Shown here: piece after piece, positions 25,301 through 38,645 of the stretch
Position numbering within the stretch: the stretch's first letter is position 1
How the letters are laid out: each line of letters opens with the position of its first letter
Origin: Cenococcum geophilum
Lineage: Eukaryota
Reading direction: 5' to 3'
NCBI GenBank assembly: GCA_050273025.1
Contig: CP158635.1
Location: 31,372,001-31,436,000 of the forward strand
DNA: 64,000 nucleotides
Translations under genes and position numbers: made by a program
Notes under the pieces: model-generated
What the model saw: the letters and a program-made list of their open reading frames with translations, nothing else
What the model was told of the DNA's origin: nothing
Database searches by the model: none

Positions 25301-28214
25301 TTAGTAAGGCGGGAGTACATTAGACGCTGCTTTAGAGAAGGTATCTTTAAATTTCTAGTATTAACGGGGCAGTTTTTATTTTACTAGCTCCTTATCTATA
25401 AGCCCGCCTTTCTCTTAGGCTAGGGCTTCTTTCTCTTAATTATTTAATTAATTTTATATAAGCTAGTTATAAAGGTAATAGTATTAGGCTAAACTAGGTT
25501 CTAGTAGAATCCTATAGCGCTAATATAGTAGATATTAACTAGTAGGAGGCCCGTAGGTTTCTTTATAGATATTTATTAGGCCGTATTTTACAGTATAAGG
25601 TTATTAGTCTTCTTTAGCTTACGTTCTATTTTTTATAAGTTATCCTTTTAGTTTATTAGTTTAGTATATTATCTAATATCCCTAGCCTTTCTTTATAGCT
25701 ACGTAGGGCCTAAGTTCTTTATTATGGACTTAGCTAGGCTACTATTAACTTCCTAAGTCTTTAGTATGGGTAGTATAATATAGGCAGTCTAGGCGCAGTG
25801 TAGTATACAGATCCGTTACGGATTAAGCTATATATCCTTCTTAAAAGCCTAGTCCCTACGCGTCGTATTAGCCTAGTAAATGGTGTTTATCTACGGCTGT
25901 ATAAGGTTTTCTATTATAATACTAATCTCTTTTATAAAGGAAGGCGTTGGGGGTATAGTTTTAGGCTAGATAAGCTGCCTATTCCGTACGTTAAGCTATA
26001 AGCCTAATAGGCTAGCCATTTTCTCTTTAAGATTATATTATAGCTTCTAAGGTCCGTAATAAGAAAGGGAATATTATACTACCTTTATCTATTAACGCGG
26101 AGGTAGATTTATAAGATAGTTATAATAGGTAGTTTTATCCGTCCGTTATAACCACAAATAGGAATTAGTTTAGGCAGTTCTTTAAGGGGTATATTTAAAA
26201 AGTTAGCTAGTTTTATAGCGCACTTTATATTAATTAAGGTAAAAGCATTTGCTCCTAAGTTAGCTAAAGTAGAGGTTAAAACTTAATATCTATTATAAAA
26301 TAAAGTATAAGGGATAGTGCGGCTTCTTTTACTAACTAGCTAACCTAGATTGATATATAATATATTAATCCCTTTTAATCCTAGAGAGGAGTCTTTCTCT
26401 AAAGTTCCTCTTTTTCTGGCCCTATACTATCCTCCTAAATTAATAGGACCTCGTTTATCTTTACCTTTATTAAGTAGTTCCCTATAGAGTAGCCTATTTA
26501 ACTATATAAGAAGTAAAATCCTTAATTACTAAGGGCCTATATATAGGGGTTACTATATATAGGCCGGGTGTATACCGGGCCCGTAATGGGGGTAGCTGCG
26601 CAGCTAGCTATTAGGTTAACTATAGGAGTTTCCAATTATACTAAGGCACTATAGGCCGTACTTATAGTACTTATAGCCTAGTTTATAAAGTTTTTAGTTT
26701 TTAGCTAATTAGCACGTACTTTAATTTAATAGAGGCCTTAGTTAATAGCTAGGCAATAGTCTATAAGTTCCTTTAACGTCTATACTATAGTATAAGCTAG
26801 TAATACAGCCTATTATAGGTCTAGGGTAAGCTTATTAAAGAGGTCTAGTAGTAGGTCTTCCTAGGGGATCTAGGCCTATCCGGCTAGGTATAAAAAGTGG
26901 GTTTAGAAGGCCGAAAAGGTCTCCATTGTTTTTATATTTAGGCTTTTATAGCCAAGGCGGGCGTTTTATACTTTAAAAGGGTCTTTATAAATAGAAGATA
27001 AGTATTTAATTATTTCTTCTTTAGAGATAAAGGGGTCTGCTAAGTCTTTAGTATATTATAGGCGTAAATACGTCTAAGCGTCTCTACTAGTACGGCTAAA
27101 GACATAGGCTATTCTAGCTTAGGCGTTAGGAAAGTAGTCTGCATTAACTTTAAGCTTTTCCTATAATTAAAGCTTTTAATTATTAAATATAGGGTTAGTT
27201 CCATCTATAAGTAGCGGGGGATCCACGATCTTTATTAACCGCTTCGGTGCTATATAGGCCTTATTTAATCTACTAAGGCGCTAAGATAGGGCCTAAAGAA
27301 CTATAATAAGTCTTTAGTTATCTAATAATAACTTATTATTAGATATAGGGGTATCTCTAGCTTTAAGCAGCTCTCGCAGTCATTTAATTTCGGTATTAGT
27401 AGCCGTAAGCTCCGCTTAGGGGGTTAAAACGTTAATTATTTCTTTATCTAAAGTATTTAAGGGTCTTATAGCTGCTTTACCTACTACTATATTTCGTAGT
27501 ATAGTAGTAGGGGTATTAGGTAATTCTAGGTAATTTCTTTAGGGGTTCTAGTCTATATATGTCTTATAGGTCCTTTCCTTAGGGTTCTATTCTTTTCTTT
27601 TAGGTCCTATCTTTATAGTCCTAATAATGTCTTTAGGGTCCTATTCTATATTTTTATAGATATATTTAAGTTCCTTCTTAGGAAGAAAGAGTAGAGTAAG
27701 CTTTAGATAATATTAGTGACTTAGTTAATTAAGGCATAGGTATAGTAAAAGGGACGCGCAAGCCTATATAATTAGATTATCTATAAACAAGAATCTAAAG
27801 CTAGGGAAAGGAAAGGAGAAGAAGAGTAGCGCCGTTTAATATTTTATAAGATCTTCGCGTTATATAACCGCAATATGCGGCAATCTGTGGCAACTTGCTA
27901 GTGTGAGGTTCTGCCAAGTTCTATTAGTGCCGTAACACGTATTAAATATCATAATATTTTCTTAGAATTCCCCCTATAGCTTTACTAATATAGGTATATA
28001 TTTTATAAATAGAGGCCTATTTTATAGCTTTATTCTAGAGCTATAAAATAAGCCCTTATTTATATAATTTAGAGCTATTTTAGTAGAGTTATAGAAGGGG
28101 TGACCTACTACCAATTGTAAAATATTAGTAACTCGCCTAGAGCCAAAAATCGCGCGTCTCCCACTCTATTAAAATAATACACCCCCTATAGCTCTATTAA
28201 TATAGCTTTAAAGT

Positions 28215-31200
28215 TGTTGGGAATAGGGCAAATTGCCGCTATGTAAGGCAAATTGCCGTCACGTGAGGCAAGTTGCCGTCACGTGTCGCCGCGGCACTAC
28301 CGTAGCGAGGAACCTTAAGTTCCTTGACCCTTACCCCTATCTATAAAGAAACAAGAATAACAATTATCATACTATCTACAAACCGTAGCTACGTGATATC
28401 CCCTTGTGAGTCCAACACTGATTAGTGGTTAACTTCACTGTTATACTATAGAACAGCTAGGTTTTTACCAAGAAGAGACGAGCCACTATACCAGTGCTAC
28501 TCGTGCTAAGGGAAGCTATCTTTTAAGGTTAGAACTGGTCCTAAATCTTAAATAGAACTCTTCCATAAATCTAAGGATCTAAAGGCCAGAACTGGTCCTA
28601 AGCCTTTCTAAGATTACGGATTCTTGCGTTTATTACGCAGAATAATACGCTTTATAAGTCTTTGCAATTTAAGGCTAAAACTGGTCCTAAGCCCTATAAT
28701 CGCAAATATATGTTACGAACGCGTACTAAACAACAATCCCTACACCACCAATATTCCTTTCCTTTAAAGACATAACTATAGCCACTCTAAACGACTGGAG
28801 AGACTTCTTACTACCAGGGGTAGCTATATACGCGAAACTTATCAATAAAGATTAGGACGCATTTACCTTTAATATAACAACCTATACTGTAAAATAAGTT
28901 AACGGCTTTCTTCTATACTATATTCTATTCTACTAAGATAGCTACTACACCGATTTATAGTTATAGGAATACTTTAGGGAGGATTTTATAGAATGGACCG
29001 CCGACACCTAGGCACTTAGTAATGTTAATATTATTTAGGATTTTTAAGACTCCCTTTAAAGGAATGGGGTATACATTACTAAGGACAGTAACCTAATTGC
29101 TAGTAATATTTACGCCGTTCTTACTAGTATAGAAGAACTAGTATAGACGGAAGCTGAGATTATATATTAACTACGGAAACCTAAAACCAACCTATATTCT
29201 TTAGAAGGCAACTTTAATTCGGAACGAAACCCCTAGAACGCTACTCTCCCACCTAAAGGTACTCTCCTACCTAGAGGTACTCTTCCTCTACCTTTACTAC
29301 CTCTAACTCCTCTATCCTAGCTAACCGATAAGCCTCTATCTTAAGAAGTCACAAATCTAATAAAGGTATATTTAGACGAAGAGAAGAAGTTTAGAGGAGA
29401 ATTATATGATATACTTAGAGCAAAACTATAGGTCTTTTATAACTGCTGTAATAAGGTCGGAATTTAACGCCACTAGTTTTATTATACTTTCTCTATTATA
29501 TTAAAGGGACGGGTGGCAACGTTCTATTATAACTATATTATAGGTAAAAACTATAGCTTTAATATAATGCTTTAGCTTACTAGAGCCTACTTTGAAACTA
29601 ATAAGAACCGCCAACTCTATATATCCGAATAGCGGGAGACTATATTCTAGAGAGTTATCGCTTCTAACCTAATAACGACTCGCCTAAAGTGTCTTTAACT
29701 ACTCTTTAATAAACTCTAGAAAATCTAATATAGTTTTACCGAAACCTACTAAAATAAGAACAGTTTAAGGGACTAGGTTATCTTAGTATACTATAGCGTT
29801 CCTAAGTGCAACTTGGCGCTATATAAACCTGCGGACACGTTTAAAGAAGTATATGCCGAGCTACGCTCCGCCGTAGGTACTACGATGCAAACACAAGAAT
29901 CTTAACAGCTTTATACCAAAAGCCCTACCTAATTAAGCGTTCCTAACTAATACGATTATAACTGGACTAATTAAATATATAGCGGCCGTAGTAGGGAATA
30001 TAGTAAAGGGTACAATTAACGTTGACTATAAGGTAATTATAGAGGTCCTCGTAGAGGTTCATTTTAAAGTAATCGCCAGAAAAAGTGCTACGTTTGTAAG
30101 AAGCTAAATTACTAGTTAACTAGACACTCCCTTAATAAGCGAAAAGAGGTATATAATAAGTTCCATTAGAGTATAAGAAATATTAGAAATTATAAGGTTA
30201 CTATGGCCTACTTCTAAAGCTTCCTAGTTTAATATAAAGGCGTAGAAGACCTTAAGGGTAAGGTTAATAAGACTAAACAGCTCCTTATAGATATGGAAAT
30301 TAAGGACTACTTACCTAACTAATACTTTACTAAGTATGGTAAGGTAAATGGCACATAAACCGTCGCTGTTCTTAATAACCAATCTACGCTCCATTTTATT
30401 ACGAAGTTAGATATCTTTAACGAGCCAAAGGAGAGCTCCGCGTTTTCCTTTAACAATAGATACTCGGCAAACGTCTTCCATAGTATTATGCCGGATACTA
30501 GAGCCGCAGGAGTATCTATAGCAGGAGAACCTTAAGTTTAAGCCCTTTAGCAGCTTAATAGCTCTGTTTAGATTAACTATTTAACGGCAGGCTAATACAC
30601 GATTCGTTTTGGTAAAGGTACTGCAATCTCTCTTAGCATAATTAGGGTTTAAACCCCCTTAGGGTACATTACTTTTCACATTATTCCCACAAACACCCCA
30701 TTTCTATTTTGCATTAAAGATATAGATAAACTAGGCGTTAAGCTTAATAACCTTAAGAATATACTTATACAGGGAGATAATTGGGTACCCGTTGTACGCA
30801 AGTAGGGTCACCCTTAGTTACTCCTCCAATAACTAGAAAGGAGCGTTACTTAGAGTCACTTAACCGAGTCAGAGCTATGTTAACTACACCGTCGTTTTAG
30901 CCACCCATCCGTTTACTAACTACTTAGGGTTCTTTAATAAGCAGGTTATAAAGTCGAGGTTAAGGTAATTAAGCATCTTATAAAGTACTGTTATTACTAC
31001 TAAATGAACTAGAAGTCCCCTGGCCGATTTAAGTTTACCCTTAAAGATAACTACGACTTTAACTTCTGTATTATTATTAATGTTATATATCTTAACGGCA
31101 AGCTAGTCCTCTAAGCTATTAACTTATTAACCTTCTTCTAAGCCGCACGTTTCTTAAGGGATATGTTAGCTAGAAACGTATAGGATACCCTTTAGTTATG

Positions 31201-34200
31201 CTAGATTAATATCTACCTAGGACCCCCTAATTAAATTATTTACGATGTAGGAAAGAACTTCTTATCTACGGAGTTTCGATAATAGGCAAAAGCAATGGTA
31301 ATTAAGGTTAAGGAAGTCCCTATTAAGGCATATAACAGTATTAGAAAAGTGGAGTAATACTATATGCTATTGCGCCAAGTATATAAGATTATTTCTTTAG
31401 AACTAGAGGATGCTAGCGAAGAAATCATCTTATAGATAGCTGTTAAGGCCGTTAACGATTCCGCTGGCCCAGATGGGCTCGTACCCACGTTGCTAGTCTT
31501 TAGCGCCTACCCTTAAATAACTAACAATTCTCTACCATCTCCCTCTATTATATAATGAGCTGAGGCTATTCGTAAAGCAACAAAGGAGGTATAACGTCTA
31601 TACGCTACGCGCTAGGTTAATAACGTACTAGGAATAAGAAATGGCCTAAACACCTTAACTACGCTTAATCTGCTACTTTAATCTAAAGTATAGGTATGAC
31701 GTGAAAAGGGAGGATAGTTAGGCCTATATAAACTTATTGTAACTAATAGTTAAACTTATACTCTTTAGATGCCCTATAGACCCACTTAATTCCGTTTAAC
31801 CGTTATTAGGCCCTACTATAAAGATAACAGTTCCAAGCCTTTATAGGATACCCTAGAAGATACCCTAAAAGATACCCTAGAGGAGAACCACGACCAACGT
31901 GCCCTAGAAGGCAATTATAATCCTAATATAATTATAGTAGACGTGCCGCAACTATAACGCGATAGAGGTCGCCCAAAGGGATTACGAAATCGCTAACACC
32001 TTATTAATTTTAAAGAGCAATTTATTGCCGCCATTAAGAATAGAGTCAAGTTGTTAATGGCCTTTATAACAGCTAAAGAGAAGGCTGACTTCGAGCTCGC
32101 AAAACAGCTTTAAAAGGAAGGTCATATTATAACTCCAGGGACTCCTTTCCAAGCATCTAATAAGCAGGAGATTGACGGTCTTATTACAAGAGGAGTCTTT
32201 AAATTTAAGAAGTATGACCCTACTAAGTTCAATGGAATTCGCATCTTTAAGTTAAGAATGGTTAATGAGATTAAGGGCAAAGCTATTAACGCCCCATTTA
32301 AGAAATTAAGGCTTATTATCTAAGGTTATAACGATAATAGTAAGGAGGTAATTCTTACGCAATCTCCTATAATACAACGAGCTAGTCAGCAAGTTATTAT
32401 TATACTAGCTCCCTCCTTAATAAAGAACGGAATAGCAGTTTATTTGCGAGATATTACTTAGGCCTATACCCAATTAGAGACGCGCCTTTAGCGCTTGATA
32501 CTGGCATACCTTCCAGAGCAAATTCGCCACTAATATCCCGAAGATACGATTATGGTTGTGCTTAAGCTACTATATAGAATTGCAGAAGCAGGAACTTATT
32601 AGTGGGCTACCTATAGCAAGCACTACAAAGAGAAGCTTTTAATAACTACTTCTATATTTAATCCCTGCTTCCTTATTACAACTACGGGAACTCTATTTAG
32701 AATTGTCGGCATGCAAACTAACGATATAATTATCTTAGGAGACAACCAATTCTTAGCTCTTAAAGAAGACGAGCTAGTAAAGGCAAATCTTATAGCAAAG
32801 CCAAAGAAAAAGCTTAGTTTAACAATACCATTACTCTTTAACGGATGCATCCTCTCCCTAAACGAGGATTCTATTGCTCTGCGCCAGAAGGGTTAAGGCA
32901 AGAAGATTAACGTTATTAACGCTAATTCTCTAAAGTAAGGATACGTGGAGCAACGCGCTTGTGGAGCTTATGTTACTTCTATCTATTAACCCAAGGCTTT
33001 ATTTAATCTCTCTATTGCCGCTTAATACTAGGAACCAACTAAGGATAATATCCTTACCCTAAATAAGCGTTTTTTCTGGTAAATAAACCATCTTAATTGG
33101 GGACTACTCTACGTGCCTATTAATCTTCCTACCGCCAAGCTCTTTATATTTATTAATAGATTGTTTGCAAATAATAAAGATTTTAGCTCCTAGTTAGGAT
33201 ATAAGATTATTATCGCGAACGAATTTACTAGAGAGAATAACTTTATAATCCATAGCAATCTTATTTATTAGAGCTCAACTAAGAGTAAGCGTGTTACCTA
33301 AAGTATTTTAGCGTTAGAGATATATAGAATGGTTAGCGGAGTTAATATAGTAATTGCAATTGGAACTACCCTAAAGATAATTATAGATCGACTTAAACTT
33401 TCCGTTATCCCTATAATTATATGCACTGACTTATATTCCCTCTACGAGTGTTTAGTTAAGCTCGGTACCACAAAAGAGAAGCGCCTTATAATTGATATTA
33501 TAGCACTTTAGCAATCCTATAAGCGTTAAAAACTCTTTAAGATTTAATGGATTAATGGCCAAGATAACCTAGTAGATGCGATAATAAAGGCGAACCTAAA
33601 TAAGGCACTAGAGACGTTTATTGACACAAATACTCTACGTGTACGAGTTAAAGGTTGGGTTAAAAGGGAGTCCCTAGAAATTTCTTAGTCACGTAAGGTC
33701 TTAAGATGTCCAGGAACTTCGACCGGCGGTTAAAGTTATCTGATTGGTTAGATTCTCTTGCTAAGACTTTTTAGAGCATAACATTCTGCAGACCCTAACT
33801 CAATCTAGCCAATTAGGATTTTCTATCCCCAGGATAGAAAATCGCCATTGGCTCGCTTACTGCTAGCGCCTTAGCGGCCTACCCGTCTTCGCCAACTGCT
33901 GCATTATCGCATAGTGTTTGGTCTTGTTGTACACTATCTGGTATCGTTACATCCTGTCTGTTTATATATATATAAATGGCAACCACAAAAAAGAAGAGTT
34001 GCCAGTGTTGGGAATAGGGCAAATTGCCGCCATATAAGGCAAATTGCCGTCACGTAAGGCAAGTTGCCGTCACGTGTCGCCGCGGCACTACCGTAGCGAG
34101 GAACCTTAAGTTCCTCGACCCTTACCCCTATCTATAAAGAACAAGAATAACAATTATCATACTATCTACGAACCGTAGCTACGTGATATCCCCTTATAAG

Positions 34201-34207
34201 TCTAACA
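28215..34207 (+). mobile_element. Ty1/Copia retrotransposon E, full length, RIPed
   Basis: LTRs at 28215-28417 and 34006-34207; TSD AAAGT; PPT aaaaaagaagagttgccag. Domain order is gag, PR (PDT(G)A ~30491), IN (LHRRF(G)HP ~30884), RT, RNase H (..GTTKEKRL.ID). Confidence 0.95.
33703..33875. other. Shared modules 2 and 1 (3' UTR of Copia E)
   Basis: aagatgtccaggaacttcgaccggcggttaaagttatctgattggttagattctcttgctaagac, then ccaattaggattttctatccccaggatagaaaatcgccattgg. Confidence 0.9.
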
Positions 34208-34691
34208 AAAGTAAAGCTATAAAATTAGTTACTATTTATATAAGTTAGAGCTATATTAGTAAAGTTATAGGGGGTATATATTATAAAGTATAAGCGGTAA
34301 TAATATATAGCGAAATAGATATTATTAAGCTATATATATAAACTATATAATAAAGTTAAGACATTACGTAAGGAAAGAAGGTATTATAGTGCTGCAATAA
34401 AGTAGACTAAATAACTACGTTATAGTATAAAGAGGGGAAGAAGGTAGAAAGGGGGTATTGTATATAAATAGTAGGGCCGGCCACTAAGTCGCTAGTAATA
34501 GGCTAGCTAATAGTAGGGAATGATATAAGACAGTATAAAACAGTATATGTTAGGTTAGTGCCGTAATAGTACTCCTCTCCCCTAGATAGTTTGGTCCCTA
34601 AACTAAATAAATAACTTAAAAATAGGCAGTATACGGGGTTACTTATTTTTTACCGCAAAGATATTGGTTTTACTTACCACCTTTAACTAAG

Positions 34692-34734
34692 CTAATGGCG
34701 ATTTTCTATACCGGGCATAGAAAATCCTAATTAG
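34692..34734. other. Shared module 1 (3' UTR of F)
   Basis: ctaatggcgattttctataccgggcatagaaaatcctaattag. Confidence 0.85.
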
Positions 34735-35094
34735 TTAGTTTAGTAAGTAAAGTCGCATCAGGAAATTTTTTTTTGGGCACGTTGTCGTAAGCGAAAATCG
34801 GGGTCTGCAAACCTGCGTAAGTCGCGATTTTAGCGATTTGCGGCAACTTGCGGCGATTTGCTACAAATACCAGTGTAAGAGATGGATGGATTGGATTTAG
34901 ATCCAAATCCAAATCCATCAAATCCATTGGATCTGGATCGAGATCCAAACTTTATCCATTCTTAATAGGTTGCCTAGGGCCTAGGCTTTAATTTTGCCGT
35001 ATATTAAGCTAATTCTGGCGATTTTTGCCACTCACGTTACATAACGGCACAGTGTGGTTTTTATTATAATCTTTAAGTCACATAACTACAGCTA

Positions 35095-35570
35095 TTTACT
35101 AAGCTCTACCGCAGCTATCCACTAAGTTCTACTGCAACTGTCTACTGAGTTCCACTGTCTACCAAGTTCCACCATAACTGTCTACCAAGTTCCACCGTAA
35201 CTGTTCGCCGAGTTTTACCGCAACTGTCCACCGATTTCCACCGCAACTGTCTACTAAGTTCCACCGTAACTGTCTACCAAATTCTACCGTAACTGTTTAC
35301 CGATTTCCACTATAACTATCTACTAAGTTCCACCGTAACTGTCTACTAAATTCCACCGCAACTGTCCACCAATTTCTACCGCAACTATCTACTAAGTTCT
35401 ACCGCAACTGTCTACTAAATTCCACCGCAACTGTCCACCAATTTCCACCACAACTGTCTACTAAGTTCCACCGCAACTGTCCACTAAGTTCCACCGCAAC
35501 TGTCCACTAAGTTCCACCGTAACTATCCACTAAGTTCCACCGTAACTATCTACTAAGTTCTACTGTAACC
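35095..35570. repeat. ~23-bp minisatellite downstream of the hAT transposase
   Basis: About 20 copies of ctaagttccaccgcaactgtcca. Confidence 0.9.
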
Positions 35571-35592
35571 TATAAACCCTAGCTTCTACCAA

Positions 35593-35660
35593 CTAATTAG
35601 GATTTTCTATACCCAGTATAGAAAATCGCTATTAGCTCGCTTACTACTAGCGCCTTAGCA
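35593..35660. other. Shared module 1 (3' region of hAT H)
   Basis: ctaattaggattttctatacccagtatagaaaatcgctattagctcgcttactactagcgccttagc, matching Copia E 33809-33875 including the flank. Confidence 0.9.
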
Positions 35661-38645
35661 GCGCTTATAAAGATTACTTAAAATAATAACCTCCACCTCT
35701 TAGACCTAATTAACTTTATAGGCTTAAGTAGAGTTATATTAAGTCTTAAATTAATAATCTTATTCTTATCCCAGGAGTAGAGATATAAAGTTGCCTAGAT
35801 TATACTCTACTTAAGGTAGTTATGGCGTTTTATAACTATCTAGCTAAGACAGCTAAAGATACATTCTGGCTTATCGCTTATAGCTAGAATTAATAGGAAA
35901 TTAATAGCCATTTAAACAAGGTGCGGGTACTATTCGCGGCCAATAGTTCTCCACCACTTAATTAGAGTCTCGCAATCTTTAACTTAATTCTGTATATAAT
36001 AGCGATTATATTTATCCTACACAGCAGCAGAATAACATTAATAGCCGCTCTTCTAAAGACCTTTTATCCTATAGGCCTCTATAATATTAAGCTCACACCT
36101 AGGCTTCTTTTTCTCCGGGGATAGAGCTTCTAAAATAGGCTGTTGCTTATAGTCTATAAGCTATAGATATTTAACTAATTTATAGGTAGACGTAATCCAA
36201 GTCTTCTTATACTCCCATTAAGCTTTTATATACTACTAATTGTATCTAGGATAGAGGACGACTGCGGCAATATAGGCTGCTAACTTATCGATCTTTATAT
36301 AGTACTATTAAGCCTTATTAAGTGCGAACTTAATTTATATAGCGAAATACTATTCTCCTTTAATTAATAAGGGCGGTATAGATTTAAAGCGTTTATACAC
36401 GGAGGTAAGTTCTTTAGTAATGTATTTAATATCCTACTAAATATTAACTAGCCCACATAACTTACTATTACCTAGTTGGCCTTATAGGTCTATAGTTACA
36501 ACCTAGCATAATTTAAGTAAATTTTCGTACTATATTAGAACCTCCTAATCGTCTATAGTAAGTATATCTTTAAAGATTATATTTTAAGCGTTATCCTAGT
36601 CTTCTAGCCAAGTAAATTCTAGCCTCTCTTTTAGTTATCTTACGCGTTACTACTCTAACTATATAAAGTCTTTAAATAGCGCGCGAAGCTAATTTAGTAT
36701 ATAAAATTCCTTATAAGTACTATTCTAGCAGGTAACGTTAGATTGGGAAAGGTCTTAGGTTATTATTATATCCTATTAGTCCTCTAGGAGGATACTCTAA
36801 AGATACATCTTTTGGCCTAATAATTTATTAGCACTATTAACTAATTTATACTTTTAGAACTACTTACTTTTATACCACTAATGTCTTCTTTAAGGGCTTA
36901 TATACACCTATATAATTAAGTTATAAGCTTTACTAACTAGTCCTTACTTCCTCTATATCTATAACTGCGCTTTTATATCCTTAGGTACTATATCCTCCGC
37001 TTTAAATAAATCTAGGTTATAGCTGTATAAAAAGTAGCGGGCAATAATATTAATAATATAGCCTAAACAACATAGCCAGCACTTAATTGGATTAAAGTTA
37101 AACTCTTTTATAATAGCCGTTATTGCTATATTATTATTAGCCGCGTTATCTAGCATAAAATACCTAATCTACTTATTCTTAATACTAAAGTCTTTAATTG
37201 CGGCAATTACGCCTTCTATAATATTAACGCCAGTATATAAATTAGTCTACTCTAGAATAGTAAGAAGAGTTACTTAAGGCTTAAAATCTTTATTAAGAAA
37301 GTGGGCAATAATACTATTAAGTAAAAGAAGGTTACCTAATATCTATAGGTTAAAAGATAGATAGATCTTACTAACTGTGTGTTATAGCTTTCTCTTTACT
37401 ACCGCCTTATAGTAAGTATAGCCCTTAATAATCTAAGATCTAACTAACCATCTACTAGGCATACATTCTGCTGCTTAAGGCGATAGATATTTAATAAACT
37501 CGCGAAAAACCGGCCTATTAACTTACCTAAAAAACACGTTATTATAAATAATCCATTAAAAAAGGAGTTACCTAAACGTCTTCTTATTAAACGTACGCGC
37601 CAACTTATTAAGAACCTGCTGCTCCCGGGGATTATTTATATTAAGACCTTTAAGTATAGAGATTAACTTTAATATATACGGCACCTCCTTACCCTTTTTA
37701 TTAAATGTATAACTATAAACCACTTAAATATACTTTATAATATTAGAGCTTCCTTTATAGGTATTCTAGGAGTAGGCCTTAATACTATGCTTATAATAAC
37801 ACTTCTTATAAAGCCACTACTGGTTACTAGTCTTATAGTTCTCTATTAGTACGCCTAACTGCTAGATTAGGGAGGAAAGCTTACCGTTACCTTTAGAGAT
37901 TAGGATAATATAGCTAGGTAATCTGTTCTAGTTAACCTAGGACTAATTAAACTAACTTTTATCTTTAGGAGGAGCCTTACTAGCGCGCGCTTTAGTAGAC
38001 TAATTAGCGCTAAATATATTAGACGTTGGAGCTATTATAAGAGTTAAGATCTTAGGTATATCGGGATTAGGCGTTAGCGTTGTTTAAATTATAGTAGATC
38101 GATTAGGCTCGGTTATATTAAAGACTTAATCTTCTAGCCTTACTACTATATCCGATAAGTTAGGAGACTAGGTAGTACGGCAGTAAGGCTGCTAGGTAGG
38201 GCTATCTCGTGGCTAGAGGTGTAGAGGTACGTTTAAGGGAGGTAGTGGTAGTAAAGGTAGTAAAGGTAGTTTAGTAATAGCCTTCTTTTTTTTTAGCTTT
38301 AGAGGCATAGTTAATGGTAATAATAAGAATAAGAGGTAAGAGACTTTATTATTTTTACTGCTATCTTACTAGCTTACCCCTTTTACGCCATCTAATGGTT
38401 AGTGTAGTAATTAATGCATTACGGCGTTGCCTTAACAACGCCATAAATGGATAACTATTGGATCTAGATCCATATCCATGCCACTAATGGATTAAGCGTA
38501 GATCAGTGGATTGATGGATCCCGATCCAATCTCAATCCATCCATCTCTTACACTGACAAATACATAGGCTACCCATGTAAATCGCCGCAAATTGCGACTT
38601 AAGTAGACCCTAATTTTTGGCTGCAACAAAAACGCAACAAAAATA

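Larger units (their letters stand above)
8498..27937 (-). mobile_element. Ty3/Gypsy chromovirus A (hosts nested element B)
   Basis: 227-bp LTRs at 8498-8724 and 27711-27937; TSD CGTAT; PPT next to 8725. RIPed gag at ~27600-26400; PR-RT-RH-IN at ~26400-22706 (YLDD-like ~24850); chromodomain at ~9130-8950. Confidence 0.95.
28180..34276. mobile_element. Small TA-flanked MITE split by Copia E
   Basis: TIR caccccctatagctctattaatatagct (28180) vs agctatattagtaaagttatagggggta (ends 34276). A related degenerate copy lies at ~27970-28102. Confidence 0.6.
34871..38555 (-). mobile_element. hAT DNA transposon H, RIPed
   Basis: 23-bp TIR cagtgtaagagatggatggattg and 8-bp TSD ACAAATAC. Transposase at ~38310-35700 has LDNAANN and CLG(H)IIN motifs and a C-terminal dimerisation-like region. 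Confidence 0.95.

Noticed and set aside
35095..35570. CRISPR-like appearance of the tandem arrays (also 13865-14235)
   Set aside because: No unique spacers, no cas genes, and a eukaryotic TE context.
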